The notes beneath the pieces are model-generated. The model was not told the DNA's origin. It saw only the letters and a program-made list of their open reading frames with translations, and made no database searches. Position numbers and translations under genes: made by a program. From NCBI GenBank assembly GCA_027490815.1, contig JAIXXJ010000018.1, forward strand, positions 2,595 through 66,594: a stretch of 64,000 bases of DNA. The letters run 5' to 3'. Positions 1-8,073 of the stretch are shown here, in pieces. This DNA comes from Streptomycetaceae bacterium (GTDB lineage: Bacteria; Actinomycetota; Actinomycetes; Nanopelagicales; Nanopelagicaceae). Within the stretch, counting starts at the first letter, position 1. Each line of letters begins with the position of its first letter.

Positions 1-165
1 CCAAAGGCCTATTTCAACGCCCCAGCAAAAACCGGCAACCACCGCGCCCTTGGCGACATTCAAGATTCAATTGCAGAGTTGGCCTACTACCGTCAGGCTG
101 TATTTATCTCGGCGCCAGATTCTGATGAAAACACTGCAGTAAAGCAGGGGCCAACCACCCCATAG
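1..165 (+). CDS. 3' end of an unidentified CDS (partial, enters from upstream of the window)
   Basis: Frame 1 is open from base 1 to TAG at 163-165 (...LGDIQDSIAELAYYRQAVFISAPDSDENTAVKQGPTTP*). 54 aa is too little for me to name a family. Confidence 0.4.
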   Translation, partial: PKAYFNAPAKTGNHRALGDIQDSIAELAYYRQAVFISAPDSDENTAVKQGPTTP

Positions 166-189
166 AAACGGGTAGACTTTGCAACACAT

Positions 190-266
190 GGTGGACGTAG
201 CTCAGCTGGTAGAGCACCCGGTTGTGGTCCGGGATGTCGCGGGTTCGAGCCCCGTCGTTCACCCCA
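190..266 (+). tRNA. tRNA-His (anticodon GTG)
   Basis: Cloverleaf read by hand: acceptor GTGGACG/CGTTCAC, D arm GCTC-AGCTGGTA-GAGC, anticodon arm CCCGG-TTGTGGT-CCGGG (GTG), T arm GCGGG-TTCGAGC-CCCGT. Extra G(-1) at 190 lies opposite C73 (His identity element). The 3' CCA is encoded. Confidence 0.9.
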
Positions 267-319
267 AGTTTTTGTTGTTACATCCGTAGCAATTTTAAAG
301 AAAAAGCAAAGAGAAAGTT

Positions 320-811
320 GTGAACATGATCTTTGATGTGATCATTGAAATCCCAGCTGGCTCACGCAATAAATACGAAGTCGATCACATTACTGGTGAA
401 ATTCGCCTTGATCGCATGCTCTTTACTTCAACCCGCTATCCCTATGACTACGGCTTTGTTAAAAACACACTCTCACTAGATGGCGATCCCATTGATGCAT
501 TAGTGATGCTTGATGAACCAACTTTTCCTGGCTGCGTTGTCTCAGTTCGCGCAATTGGAATGTTTAACATGACAGATGAGGCTGGCGGAGATGACAAATT
601 GCTCTGCGTTGCAGCCGGAGATATTCGCAAGAATTTACTTCAAGATATAACGGATGTTCCAGAGTATGAACTATCTGAAATTCAACACTTCTTTGAAGTC
701 TATAAAGCCTTAGAGCCGGGCAAAAGTGTGAGCGGTGGCAACTGGGTTAATCGCGCAGAGGCCCACGCCGAAATCGAGCGATCCCGCGATCGCTTCAAGA
801 AATCTCACTAA
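320..811 (+). CDS. ppa: Inorganic pyrophosphatase (family I)
   Basis: 163-aa ORF with typical soluble PPase blocks ([29 protein letters not shown]). The track start is GTG at 320; ATG at 326 is an alternative. Confidence 0.95.
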   Translation: MNMIFDVIIEIPAGSRNKYEVDHITGEIRLDRMLFTSTRYPYDYGFVKNTLSLDGDPIDALVMLDEPTFPGCVVSVRAIGMFNMTDEAGGDDKLLCVAAGDIRKNLLQDITDVPEYELSEIQHFFEVYKALEPGKSVSGGNWVNRAEAHAEIERSRDRFKKSH

Positions 812-926
812 CACCATCAGGCTTTCGCTTACTTTCTAAGGGCATTATTTGAGTGTCGCAGATGTGCATCTTGGCCAACTTTGCTGATAGGTTTCCACCT
901 GCGTTCAAGCACTTAGGTGCAAGAAC

Positions 927-1009
927 GGGTTGTTAGCTCAGTTGGTAGAGCAAGGCACTCTTAATGCCTGGGTCGGGGGTTCGAGTCCCTCACAACCCAC
1001 TTATGTAGG
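927..1009 (+). tRNA. tRNA-Lys (anticodon CTT)
   Basis: Acceptor GGGTTGT/ACAACCC, D arm GCTC-AGTTGGTA-GAGC, anticodon arm AGGCA-CTCTTAA-TGCCT (CTT), T arm GGGGG-TTCGAGT-CCCTC, discriminator A. CCA is not encoded. Confidence 0.9.
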
Positions 1010-1113
1010 TAAATCTGAGTTCTATATCCAAACCTTGGATGTGGTTCAAACCTTTAAATAGTGGATATATCTGCCAAACCTTTAAATCCAGTATTTAATC
1101 TCTTGATCTCAAA

Positions 1114-2547
1114 TTAATTCGCTTTTGAAATACGAATTCGGTCCATATCTTTACTTTCAAGAACTTCAATCGTTATTCCTTCAAACTTCATTTTTTCCCC
1201 TTGCCGCAATATCGGATCAGGATAAGGAGTTACAGGACAGTTTGAACTACTTTCTTTTGATCTTCCAGGCAGAGTTAGCGGAATCAAAAAATTCTCTCCG
1301 TGTGAACGAGTTGCGTCATAGACATAGGTTAAAACACCATTCTTTTTAGTAGGCATAGCGCAAGAAAATTTCGTCTCTCTTCGTGATTCAACAATTAATG
1401 CTTTTGATTCGGAAATGGGAATGACAGCCATTTTAATTCCATTTTTGGTGCCGCTAAGAGGAACAAGGGTCAAATCAGTGCTGACAAGTTTCTGCAATTC
1501 TTGACAATAGACTTTCTCGTCATCCAGCCAACCTGCCACAAATCGCATCCACCCAGTCAATTCTCGTGTGTAACCATCTTGATTTCCCATAATGTCTAAT
1601 CCAAGAAATGGATTGTCGCCTGGACGAGATGAGCCAATATGGGGTATCCCCATTGCATGTCCAAATTCATGTGCCCAGTAAGACCAATACTGGCGATTTA
1701 ATGAATTAAAAAATACGCCAGGTATAGAGAATGAAGAAATCTTGCCTTCCTGAGTTACATAGTTTTTAACTGCCTGTTCCCAGGGAAAGCCTTGAAGACC
1801 TTCAGTAACAACAGTTTGAGCAAGTGGCAGAATAAAATTTACAGTTTGTACATTTGTGTAGTCAAAACTCTTATCCGTTTCAGAAATTGCCTTTCTCCAG
1901 AACTCTGCAATCTCTGGACTTCTATCAGGCCCATCTGAAAAAGGAATCTTGTAGTCACTTGATCTACCAGGAAGAGTGGTCCACTTATCAGCGACAATCC
2001 ATTCAACTTTGAATCTTCCTTCGCTAACAGTATCAAACCATTCCGAAAGAAGGCTCATTTGATCATCAACTCTAGATCTAAAGTTTGGCTCACCTTTGAT
2101 GTCTGAAAAATCTATGGGTACAAGCGCCCATTTAACAGTGCCTGTTTTAGTTGCAAATGGGAATGTAGCCCTTGGAAAACCCGTAGGGAGCGAATTCTCA
2201 AAGCGGGAACGATTACTGCTAATTTCATTGATTTTACACAAACTCACATCCGAACTCGGTTCAGATGGAGGGGATTCAGTGATTGATTCTATTTTTGGTG
2301 TCGGAGTAGGAGTAGGAGTTGGCGTAGGTTTAGGTGTTGATCTCTTCACAGCAACGCCTTTATTCCAAACCAATTTATTTCCAGATTTGGTACAGGTGTA
2401 AGTCTTTTTCAAATAAACAACTTTTTGTTTCAAAACTTTGCAGGTACTACCAGGAGTTTTCTTCTGAGCAGAGATTGCGGATACAGGGATCAGAGTTAAG
2501 GCCAGACCAATCAACAAACCCTTGGCTAGAGTTCCATTGTTTCGCAT
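1114..2547 (-). CDS. Secreted zinc metalloprotease, M6-domain-like (paralog of 44456-45751)
   Basis: Signal peptide (LLIGLALTLIPVSAISA), Cys module (C-x15-C-TKSGNKLVW) and PT linker (TPKPTPTPTPTPTPK). Carries HEFGHAMGIPH (HExxHxxGxxH) followed by LDIMG and TGWMRFVAGWL blocks, which align with the second protease in the window. Confidence 0.7.
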   Translation of the reverse strand: MRNNGTLAKGLLIGLALTLIPVSAISAQKKTPGSTCKVLKQKVVYLKKTYTCTKSGNKLVWNKGVAVKRSTPKPTPTPTPTPTPKIESITESPPSEPSSDVSLCKINEISSNRSRFENSLPTGFPRATFPFATKTGTVKWALVPIDFSDIKGEPNFRSRVDDQMSLLSEWFDTVSEGRFKVEWIVADKWTTLPGRSSDYKIPFSDGPDRSPEIAEFWRKAISETDKSFDYTNVQTVNFILPLAQTVVTEGLQGFPWEQAVKNYVTQEGKISSFSIPGVFFNSLNRQYWSYWAHEFGHAMGIPHIGSSRPGDNPFLGLDIMGNQDGYTRELTGWMRFVAGWLDDEKVYCQELQKLVSTDLTLVPLSGTKNGIKMAVIPISESKALIVESRRETKFSCAMPTKKNGVLTYVYDATRSHGENFLIPLTLPGRSKESSSNCPVTPYPDPILRQGEKMKFEGITIEVLESKDMDRIRISKAN

Positions 2548-2775
2548 TTCAAAAGGATACTAAATTTGCCCATCGTTCAGGGAATTTAGGTATCAATTCT
2601 CTGCTTGATTTCCTAATCAAATTGTGGGTTCACCACCTTGACATGTAATTTACTTGTCCAATATTTGAGGCAGAAAATTTTCCGTGTTTGAAATGAATTT
2701 TTTTTACTATCGAATTACAAACGTAAGTGCCTCTGAGGATTGATTAACTATTTCCGATTACACTTGGTTTCGACC

Positions 2776-4236
2776 TCAAAGGGTTCTAGCATCTCCAAAG
2801 TTTAAGTCTGAATAAAACTCTTTGGAAATGTCTCGACCAAGGGCCTCCCCAATTGATTTCACAACATTATTGACACTATCAGCAATCGAATTTGGAGTGC
2901 CTTGACTTTGAAGGCTAAGTAAGAATTTTGAAACGTAACTTGAACGGTCCTGGGATGGCATAAAGTAATAAATAAGGGATGACCATAAGCCATTGGCACC
3001 AAAACCTAGGCCAGAATATTTTGAGTTAAAGAATGTACTACTAAAATTATCGGTGGGTAAGCGGTAAGTTGTCAGTAAATTCAACATATCATTCTTGTAC
3101 TCTAGGCCAGGTTTATTTGGACCATCATTTGCGCCGATAGGAATTTTATTTACTTCAGTTACAAAATAACGCATAAACACTGCGAATCCAGTTTGGTTTA
3201 CTTCGAACCATTTTGTATTTCCAGTGTTGCCAACTAGTACATTTCTATACCTCCCATAATTCCAAAAATTTCGACCAAGTTCATAGAACAGGACTTCATC
3301 AAACTGATCATACAATTTAACTCCATTGTATAAACGCATAAAAAGTTCTGTCTGTAATTCAATACCTGTTGATCCCAATTGTCCGCAGCCACCACCACAC
3401 CCAATAGTTTCGCGGGTCATTTCAGCAATTGACAATTTTCCACCATAGTTTTTATTCAGTTGAGGTGAAAATTGTGTGATCTCCTTATAGGAATCATAAG
3501 CAGCATCAAGTGCATTTAGTATTCTAGTCATAACATTTGGATCAAGATCTGGACTATAAGTAAGCAGAGTGACGTTTCTCCCAACCCATGGTTTTCGAGA
3601 GAATTTCTCATTTTTAAAACTTGTATATTCATACGTCGGAAGGGGAGAAAACTTAATCAGTTCTCCTTTACTCCATGTGTTTCTAGTTAAAGATAATGGA
3701 TAAATTTTTTTAGAATTTGAGATTAAGTTAATTGGTTTTGCATTTGATGTAAAAGGTTCAATTACTAAATTATAGTTTCCAATCGGGTCAAATTCGGTCA
3801 AATCGAAATCAATTTTGTACTTCAGAAGAGACTTACTTTTCGACACTTGCGTAACAACACCCTGGATTGTTCTTGTCTGAGAAGGGATTGTCCATTGTCC
3901 TGAACTTATCTTGAACTGTAATTGTGTCAGCGGTTTATCTAAATCTATGTTTGACTCAACAGTAATATCTAAAGTTAAATTCTGACCCTTTGAAAAATCA
4001 AAATTAGTTGGAAGTTTAGGTTTGATTAAGTTAAATGTCGCTGTAGAGGTCATGCTTTCAGACCAGACAAGTTTCCTGCCTGATTTAGTACAGGTGTACT
4101 TGAGGCCCGAAACAGTTTTTGCCTGTCCCTGAGTTTTACAAGTTGCACCTGCTTTGACAGCAGCAAAGGAAGGAACTGAAAGAGATGAACCAATAAATGC
4201 CAGGGCAATCAAGAATGCAAGGGACTTCTTCATCAT
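2776..4236 (-). CDS. Secreted protein of unknown function with N-terminal Cys module
   Basis: Signal peptide MMKKSLAFLIALAFIGSSLSVPSFA, then C-x15-C-TKSGRKLVW. The remaining ~430 aa have no catalytic motif I can name (no HExxH) and contain CGGGCGQLGSTG. Start moved to ATG 4236; the track ORF extends to 4305. Confidence 0.6.
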   Translation of the reverse strand: MMKKSLAFLIALAFIGSSLSVPSFAAVKAGATCKTQGQAKTVSGLKYTCTKSGRKLVWSESMTSTATFNLIKPKLPTNFDFSKGQNLTLDITVESNIDLDKPLTQLQFKISSGQWTIPSQTRTIQGVVTQVSKSKSLLKYKIDFDLTEFDPIGNYNLVIEPFTSNAKPINLISNSKKIYPLSLTRNTWSKGELIKFSPLPTYEYTSFKNEKFSRKPWVGRNVTLLTYSPDLDPNVMTRILNALDAAYDSYKEITQFSPQLNKNYGGKLSIAEMTRETIGCGGGCGQLGSTGIELQTELFMRLYNGVKLYDQFDEVLFYELGRNFWNYGRYRNVLVGNTGNTKWFEVNQTGFAVFMRYFVTEVNKIPIGANDGPNKPGLEYKNDMLNLLTTYRLPTDNFSSTFFNSKYSGLGFGANGLWSSLIYYFMPSQDRSSYVSKFLLSLQSQGTPNSIADSVNNVVKSIGEALGRDISKEFYSDLNFGDARTL

Positions 4237-4360
4237 GTTAGAAATCATACTTTGCGACATAGTCCAGGGATAGGGATTAGATTGATCAGAGTTACCTCCC
4301 CTCAAGGTGAAATCAAAGTTATGGGTTACTCACCATTGCCCTAAGTAGAACGAGTAGCAT

Positions 4361-5113
4361 TTGCCCATGAAAGGCGCCTTAGCACTTGCTGGTTCTGGAG
4401 AGTATCTACCTGTAATGCAGGACCTTGAACAATCGCTACTAAATAATGCAATAGCCCGTGGCAAGAAAAATACGTATATTCAAATTCCAACAGCTGCTGG
4501 TCAAGAGAGCGCCGAAAGATTAAATTTTTGGAAAATACTCGGAGGCGAGCAAACTGATCGATTGAATACTCAGCAAATCTTTCTTCCGATATATACCCGC
4601 GAAGATGCAATGAATCAAGATTTTGCCAACCAAATTAAAGATGCTGGCCTTATCTATCTCTCCGGTGGAGATCCTGGATATCTTGCACGTACTTTGATCG
4701 ATACGCCAATCTGGTCAGCAATTGAATCAGCATGGCAATCCGGAAGCTCACTTGCAGGGTGTAGCGCGGGTGCAATGGCGATGGGTAAACATGTTCCTAA
4801 TTTTTTCCGACCAAAAGAAGAGGGAACCGATGGCTTTGGCTTGATCGGTGAAATTCGAACAATCCCCCACTACAACAAGTTCTTTGGTTGGATTCCAGAT
4901 TCTGCAGCACGTAAATTACTGACCGCGCCGGCTGCAACAACTGTCATTGGAATTGATGAATCAACTGCTCTTGTAACAGGATTAAGTGATGATCCTGAAG
5001 TTAGTTTTGAAAACAAGAGTTGGCGAGTTCATGGCCAAGGCCATGTCCATCTCTTACGAGGAGAAGGCAATCACGCACATAAGTTTGCCCACGGAGAAGT
5101 AGTCAATCTTTAG
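4361..5113 (+). CDS. Peptidase S51 / type-1 glutamine-amidotransferase-like protein (cyanophycinase/peptidase E family)
   Basis: 250-aa ORF with SGGDPGYL and the nucleophile elbow GCSAGAMAMG typical of S51. Confidence 0.7.
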   Translation: MPMKGALALAGSGEYLPVMQDLEQSLLNNAIARGKKNTYIQIPTAAGQESAERLNFWKILGGEQTDRLNTQQIFLPIYTREDAMNQDFANQIKDAGLIYLSGGDPGYLARTLIDTPIWSAIESAWQSGSSLAGCSAGAMAMGKHVPNFFRPKEEGTDGFGLIGEIRTIPHYNKFFGWIPDSAARKLLTAPAATTVIGIDESTALVTGLSDDPEVSFENKSWRVHGQGHVHLLRGEGNHAHKFAHGEVVNL

Positions 5114-5122
5114 TCGCAACTT

Positions 5123-5260
5123 CTATTTACCTGCTTTGCACCGTTCTGAGCAGTACTTAACATTTTCCCAATCCCGTGCCCATTTTTTGCGCCACTCAAA
5201 CTCCAAACCACAGCGCTGGCAGATCTTGGGTGGAAAACCATTTTTCGTCTTAGCTCGCAT
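5123..5260 (-). CDS. DUF2256-like small zinc-ribbon protein (45 aa, below ORF-track cut-off)
   Basis: Hand translation: [45 protein letters not shown]. CxxC...CxxC layout and WRKKW block. It sits next to DCC and photolyase-family genes, as this family commonly does. Confidence 0.65.
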   Translation of the reverse strand: MRAKTKNGFPPKICQRCGLEFEWRKKWARDWENVKYCSERCKAGK

Positions 5261-5277
5261 ATGCAGATCTAACTCTT

Positions 5278-5652
5278 TTACTTCTTCTTGTAACGCGAAT
5301 TTGATTGATTAAGCAAGTAATGTGCGAGCCTAACCACAAATGAGTTTCTGTGGGTTGAAACCCATCGATAACCCCATCGTCCCAAAACTCCTGATGTTGT
5401 GATCAACACAGAAAGTGCTCGGTTCCCACGCTTTTTCATTAAATAAGCGATAGCGGCGGCACCAACAATTACTGTGTCGTCTGCAACAACGTAGACGGAC
5501 TTTGAACACTGATCAAAAGTTAATCCGTAGCTGTCTAAATCTGCATTCTGGAAGGCTTTTGCTTCGACAAATAACTTCTGCTCAATCCAATCAATGCTTG
5601 CCTGACAGAACTGGCATTGTCCGTCGTATATAACAACTATTAGATTTTCCAT
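5278..5652 (-). CDS. Thiol-disulfide oxidoreductase, DCC family (DUF393)
   Basis: N-terminal [17 protein letters not shown] matches the D-x-x-C-x-x-C DCC signature. 124 aa. Confidence 0.75.
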   Translation of the reverse strand: MENLIVVIYDGQCQFCQASIDWIEQKLFVEAKAFQNADLDSYGLTFDQCSKSVYVVADDTVIVGAAAIAYLMKKRGNRALSVLITTSGVLGRWGYRWVSTHRNSFVVRLAHYLLNQSNSRYKKK

Positions 5653-5708
5653 CGCAAGATTAAGAATACAGGGAGTAAAAAGTAGATGCTCGGAATACTC
5701 AGGTGCTA

Positions 5709-6509
5709 TTACTTAGCCAATGGGCCCAGTAGATACATGCTCAAGCGTTGGGCAGGATTGCTTTGATTTCCATGCTTGGACTTAAATGATGCTGTTCCAT
5801 CCACACCACATAACGAAGTTATTGCACTTGAGCCACCTGGGTGTGAAGCAATCCAATTAGTTAAGTTATACACAGAACCGTCAATAATGCTCCAACAGCT
5901 TGCGCTGCGATTATTTGATGCAACTTGTGAAAGTGTGTAGCCAGTAACAGCTGGTGCTGCTGATGCAGTGGGCGTAGATGTTGGGCTTGGTGAAACAACT
6001 TTGGAAACACCTTTTTGGACTTCCCCCGGAACCTCTCTATCACCGACTGCAATTGTTACAGCAGATTTAGCACGAGAGGTAAGCAAGAAACTATAGGTAC
6101 CCGCCTCTGCTGCGGCTGAATACCTACCAAGATAGAGATAGTTAGTTCCACCGTATGGTTCAAAGAATTTAGTGCGCTCATTTAATTTCATCGTAAAGCG
6201 TTTGCCCGTAGGTGAAGTCACAACAAGAGAAGGAAGCTGTGAAGCTTTTTGAGAGTTTTCCGGCTTTTTGTCGACGATTAAATATTGAATCTCTAATGAG
6301 TCACCTGACTTTAAGTTTGCTCGGAATCCACGTTTTTCTCCGACCTTAGAAAAAGATGCACGGATAGCAAAGGAGACAGTTCCGTCAACTAGCAATGGAC
6401 CGTTTGCTGCCGAAGTATCACTTGAAAGCAAGGGCACAGGCTGATGGGCAGATGCTTGGAGAGGGGTAAGAAAAACAACTGCAAAGACAAAGATAACCAG
6501 GCGCTTCAT
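5709..6509 (-). CDS. Secreted two-domain protein: unknown N-terminal domain plus C-terminal cytochrome b5-like heme-binding domain
   Basis: Signal peptide ending ...LQASA|HQP. Ser/Thr/Pro linker (SPSPTSTPTASAAPA). C-terminal block CWSIIDGSVYNLTNWIASHPGG...FKSKHG carries the b5-type HPGG motif. Confidence 0.65.
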   Translation of the reverse strand: MKRLVIFVFAVVFLTPLQASAHQPVPLLSSDTSAANGPLLVDGTVSFAIRASFSKVGEKRGFRANLKSGDSLEIQYLIVDKKPENSQKASQLPSLVVTSPTGKRFTMKLNERTKFFEPYGGTNYLYLGRYSAAAEAGTYSFLLTSRAKSAVTIAVGDREVPGEVQKGVSKVVSPSPTSTPTASAAPAVTGYTLSQVASNNRSASCWSIIDGSVYNLTNWIASHPGGSSAITSLCGVDGTASFKSKHGNQSNPAQRLSMYLLGPLAK

Positions 6510-6600
6510 TCGAGAAAAGTACCGTAATAACTCAGAGTGTTCATTTCCAACTTACTTCATGTCACCTGAGAGTTTTTGGAAATAACGATAAAGTTCAGAA

Positions 6601-8073
6601 ATGGAACGGCTCATCTATGTTGCTCTTGATCACCTCAACGAAAACTATGGCGCACTCAAGGGAAGTAATCCCAAAAAAGATGTCATTGTTTTAGTTGAAA
6701 GTGCGCGGATGACAACTGGCAGAAATTGGCATGGCCAGCGCCTTCACTTTTTAATCTCATCTGCTCGACACTTTGCAGCACACCTTGAAAAACTTGGTTA
6801 CACAGTCCGCTATGAAAAAGCTGCAACAACGGTTAGTGGACTTGAAAAGGTAAAGAAGGATTTTCCTAATTTACCAATCATTTCCGCTGAACCATCTTCC
6901 TTTCGACAGTTCAATGCCCTTAAGGAGTACGGCGTCGAATTTGTTCCCAATGACTTTTTCTTAACACCGCGTCCACTCTTTGCACAGTGGGCAGATGGCC
7001 AGAAGAGTTATTTGATGGAAAATTTCTATCGCTTGCAACGTGCGCGCCTAGATGTGCTGATGGAAAAAGGTAAGCCTGCAGGTGGTGCGTGGAACTTTGA
7101 TAAAGAAAATAGATTGCCTCCCCCAAAAAACTACACCTGGCCACCATACCTAGAACACACAAGAGATCAGATAGACCAAGATGTTGCTAGCGAAATTGGC
7201 TACACGCCTGATTTAACATGGGCAACAACTCGCAAAGGTGCACTGGCTCAACTAAAAAACTTTATTGAAAACCACTTTGCAGAGTTTGGCCCCTATGAAG
7301 ATGCAATGGCTGCAGATAACTGGGCGCTACATCACTCGCTTTTATCGCCATATTTAAACAACGGATTGCTGCATGCCCAAGAAGTTATCGATGCTGCTGG
7401 AGCAGCATTTAAAGCAGGTGCCATACCCATTGCCTCTGCCGAAGGATTTATCCGACAGATAATTGGCTGGCGTGAGTATGTAAATGGAATGTATTGGTAC
7501 TTAGGCGCAGATTATCGAGAGAACAATCAACTAGGTGCTAACCGCCCCTTACTACCGCTGTTTAGTGATTCAAATAAAACACAGATGAACTGTGTTAAAA
7601 CTATTGTCTCTGACATAGAAGCTCGTGCATGGGTTCACCACATTCCACGGCTGATGGTGTTGAGCAATCTGGCTTTGATTACCGGCACTAATCCGCAGGC
7701 GTTCTTAGATTGGATGAGAGAGGTGTTTATCGATGCCAGCGAGTGGGTTATGGTTCCAAACGTTATCGGTATGGGATTACATGCAGATGGCGGGGCAATG
7801 ATGAGCAAACCCTATGCAGCAGGCGGTGCATATATCTCGCGCATGGGTAGTTACTGCAAGAGCTGTGTTTATGATCCAAAACTGCGAGTTGGCGACACCG
7901 CATGTCCGTTTACAACGTTGTATTGGGATTTTCTTGATCGCCACAAAGAAACATTTGTTAAAAACCACCGCATGAGCCAGCAAGTCAATGGATTAAAAAG
8001 GTTGTCAGATTTAGAAGAGTTGGGAGTGCGAGCAGAGCAGGTGTTAAAGGGTCTTGATAAAGGTTCTATTTAG
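6601..8073 (+). CDS. Cryptochrome/photolyase-family protein, FeS-BCP (CryPro, (6-4) photolyase-like) type
   Basis: 490 aa, COG3046-like N-terminus. Four Cys with spacing C-x87-C-x2-C-x12-C (MNCV...SYCKSC...TACPF), which matches the 4Fe-4S ligand spacing I recall for PhrB/CryB. Confidence 0.85.
   Translation: MERLIYVALDHLNENYGALKGSNPKKDVIVLVESARMTTGRNWHGQRLHFLISSARHFAAHLEKLGYTVRYEKAATTVSGLEKVKKDFPNLPIISAEPSSFRQFNALKEYGVEFVPNDFFLTPRPLFAQWADGQKSYLMENFYRLQRARLDVLMEKGKPAGGAWNFDKENRLPPPKNYTWPPYLEHTRDQIDQDVASEIGYTPDLTWATTRKGALAQLKNFIENHFAEFGPYEDAMAADNWALHHSLLSPYLNNGLLHAQEVIDAAGAAFKAGAIPIASAEGFIRQIIGWREYVNGMYWYLGADYRENNQLGANRPLLPLFSDSNKTQMNCVKTIVSDIEARAWVHHIPRLMVLSNLALITGTNPQAFLDWMREVFIDASEWVMVPNVIGMGLHADGGAMMSKPYAAGGAYISRMGSYCKSCVYDPKLRVGDTACPFTTLYWDFLDRHKETFVKNHRMSQQVNGLKRLSDLEELGVRAEQVLKGLDKGSI

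Noticed and set aside
2293-2337. GT-rich tandem repeat (ggtgtcggagtaggagtaggagttggcgtaggt...).
   Set aside because: It is the antisense of a Pro-Thr linker (TPKPTPTPTPTPTPK) inside the protease gene, not a non-coding repeat or array.
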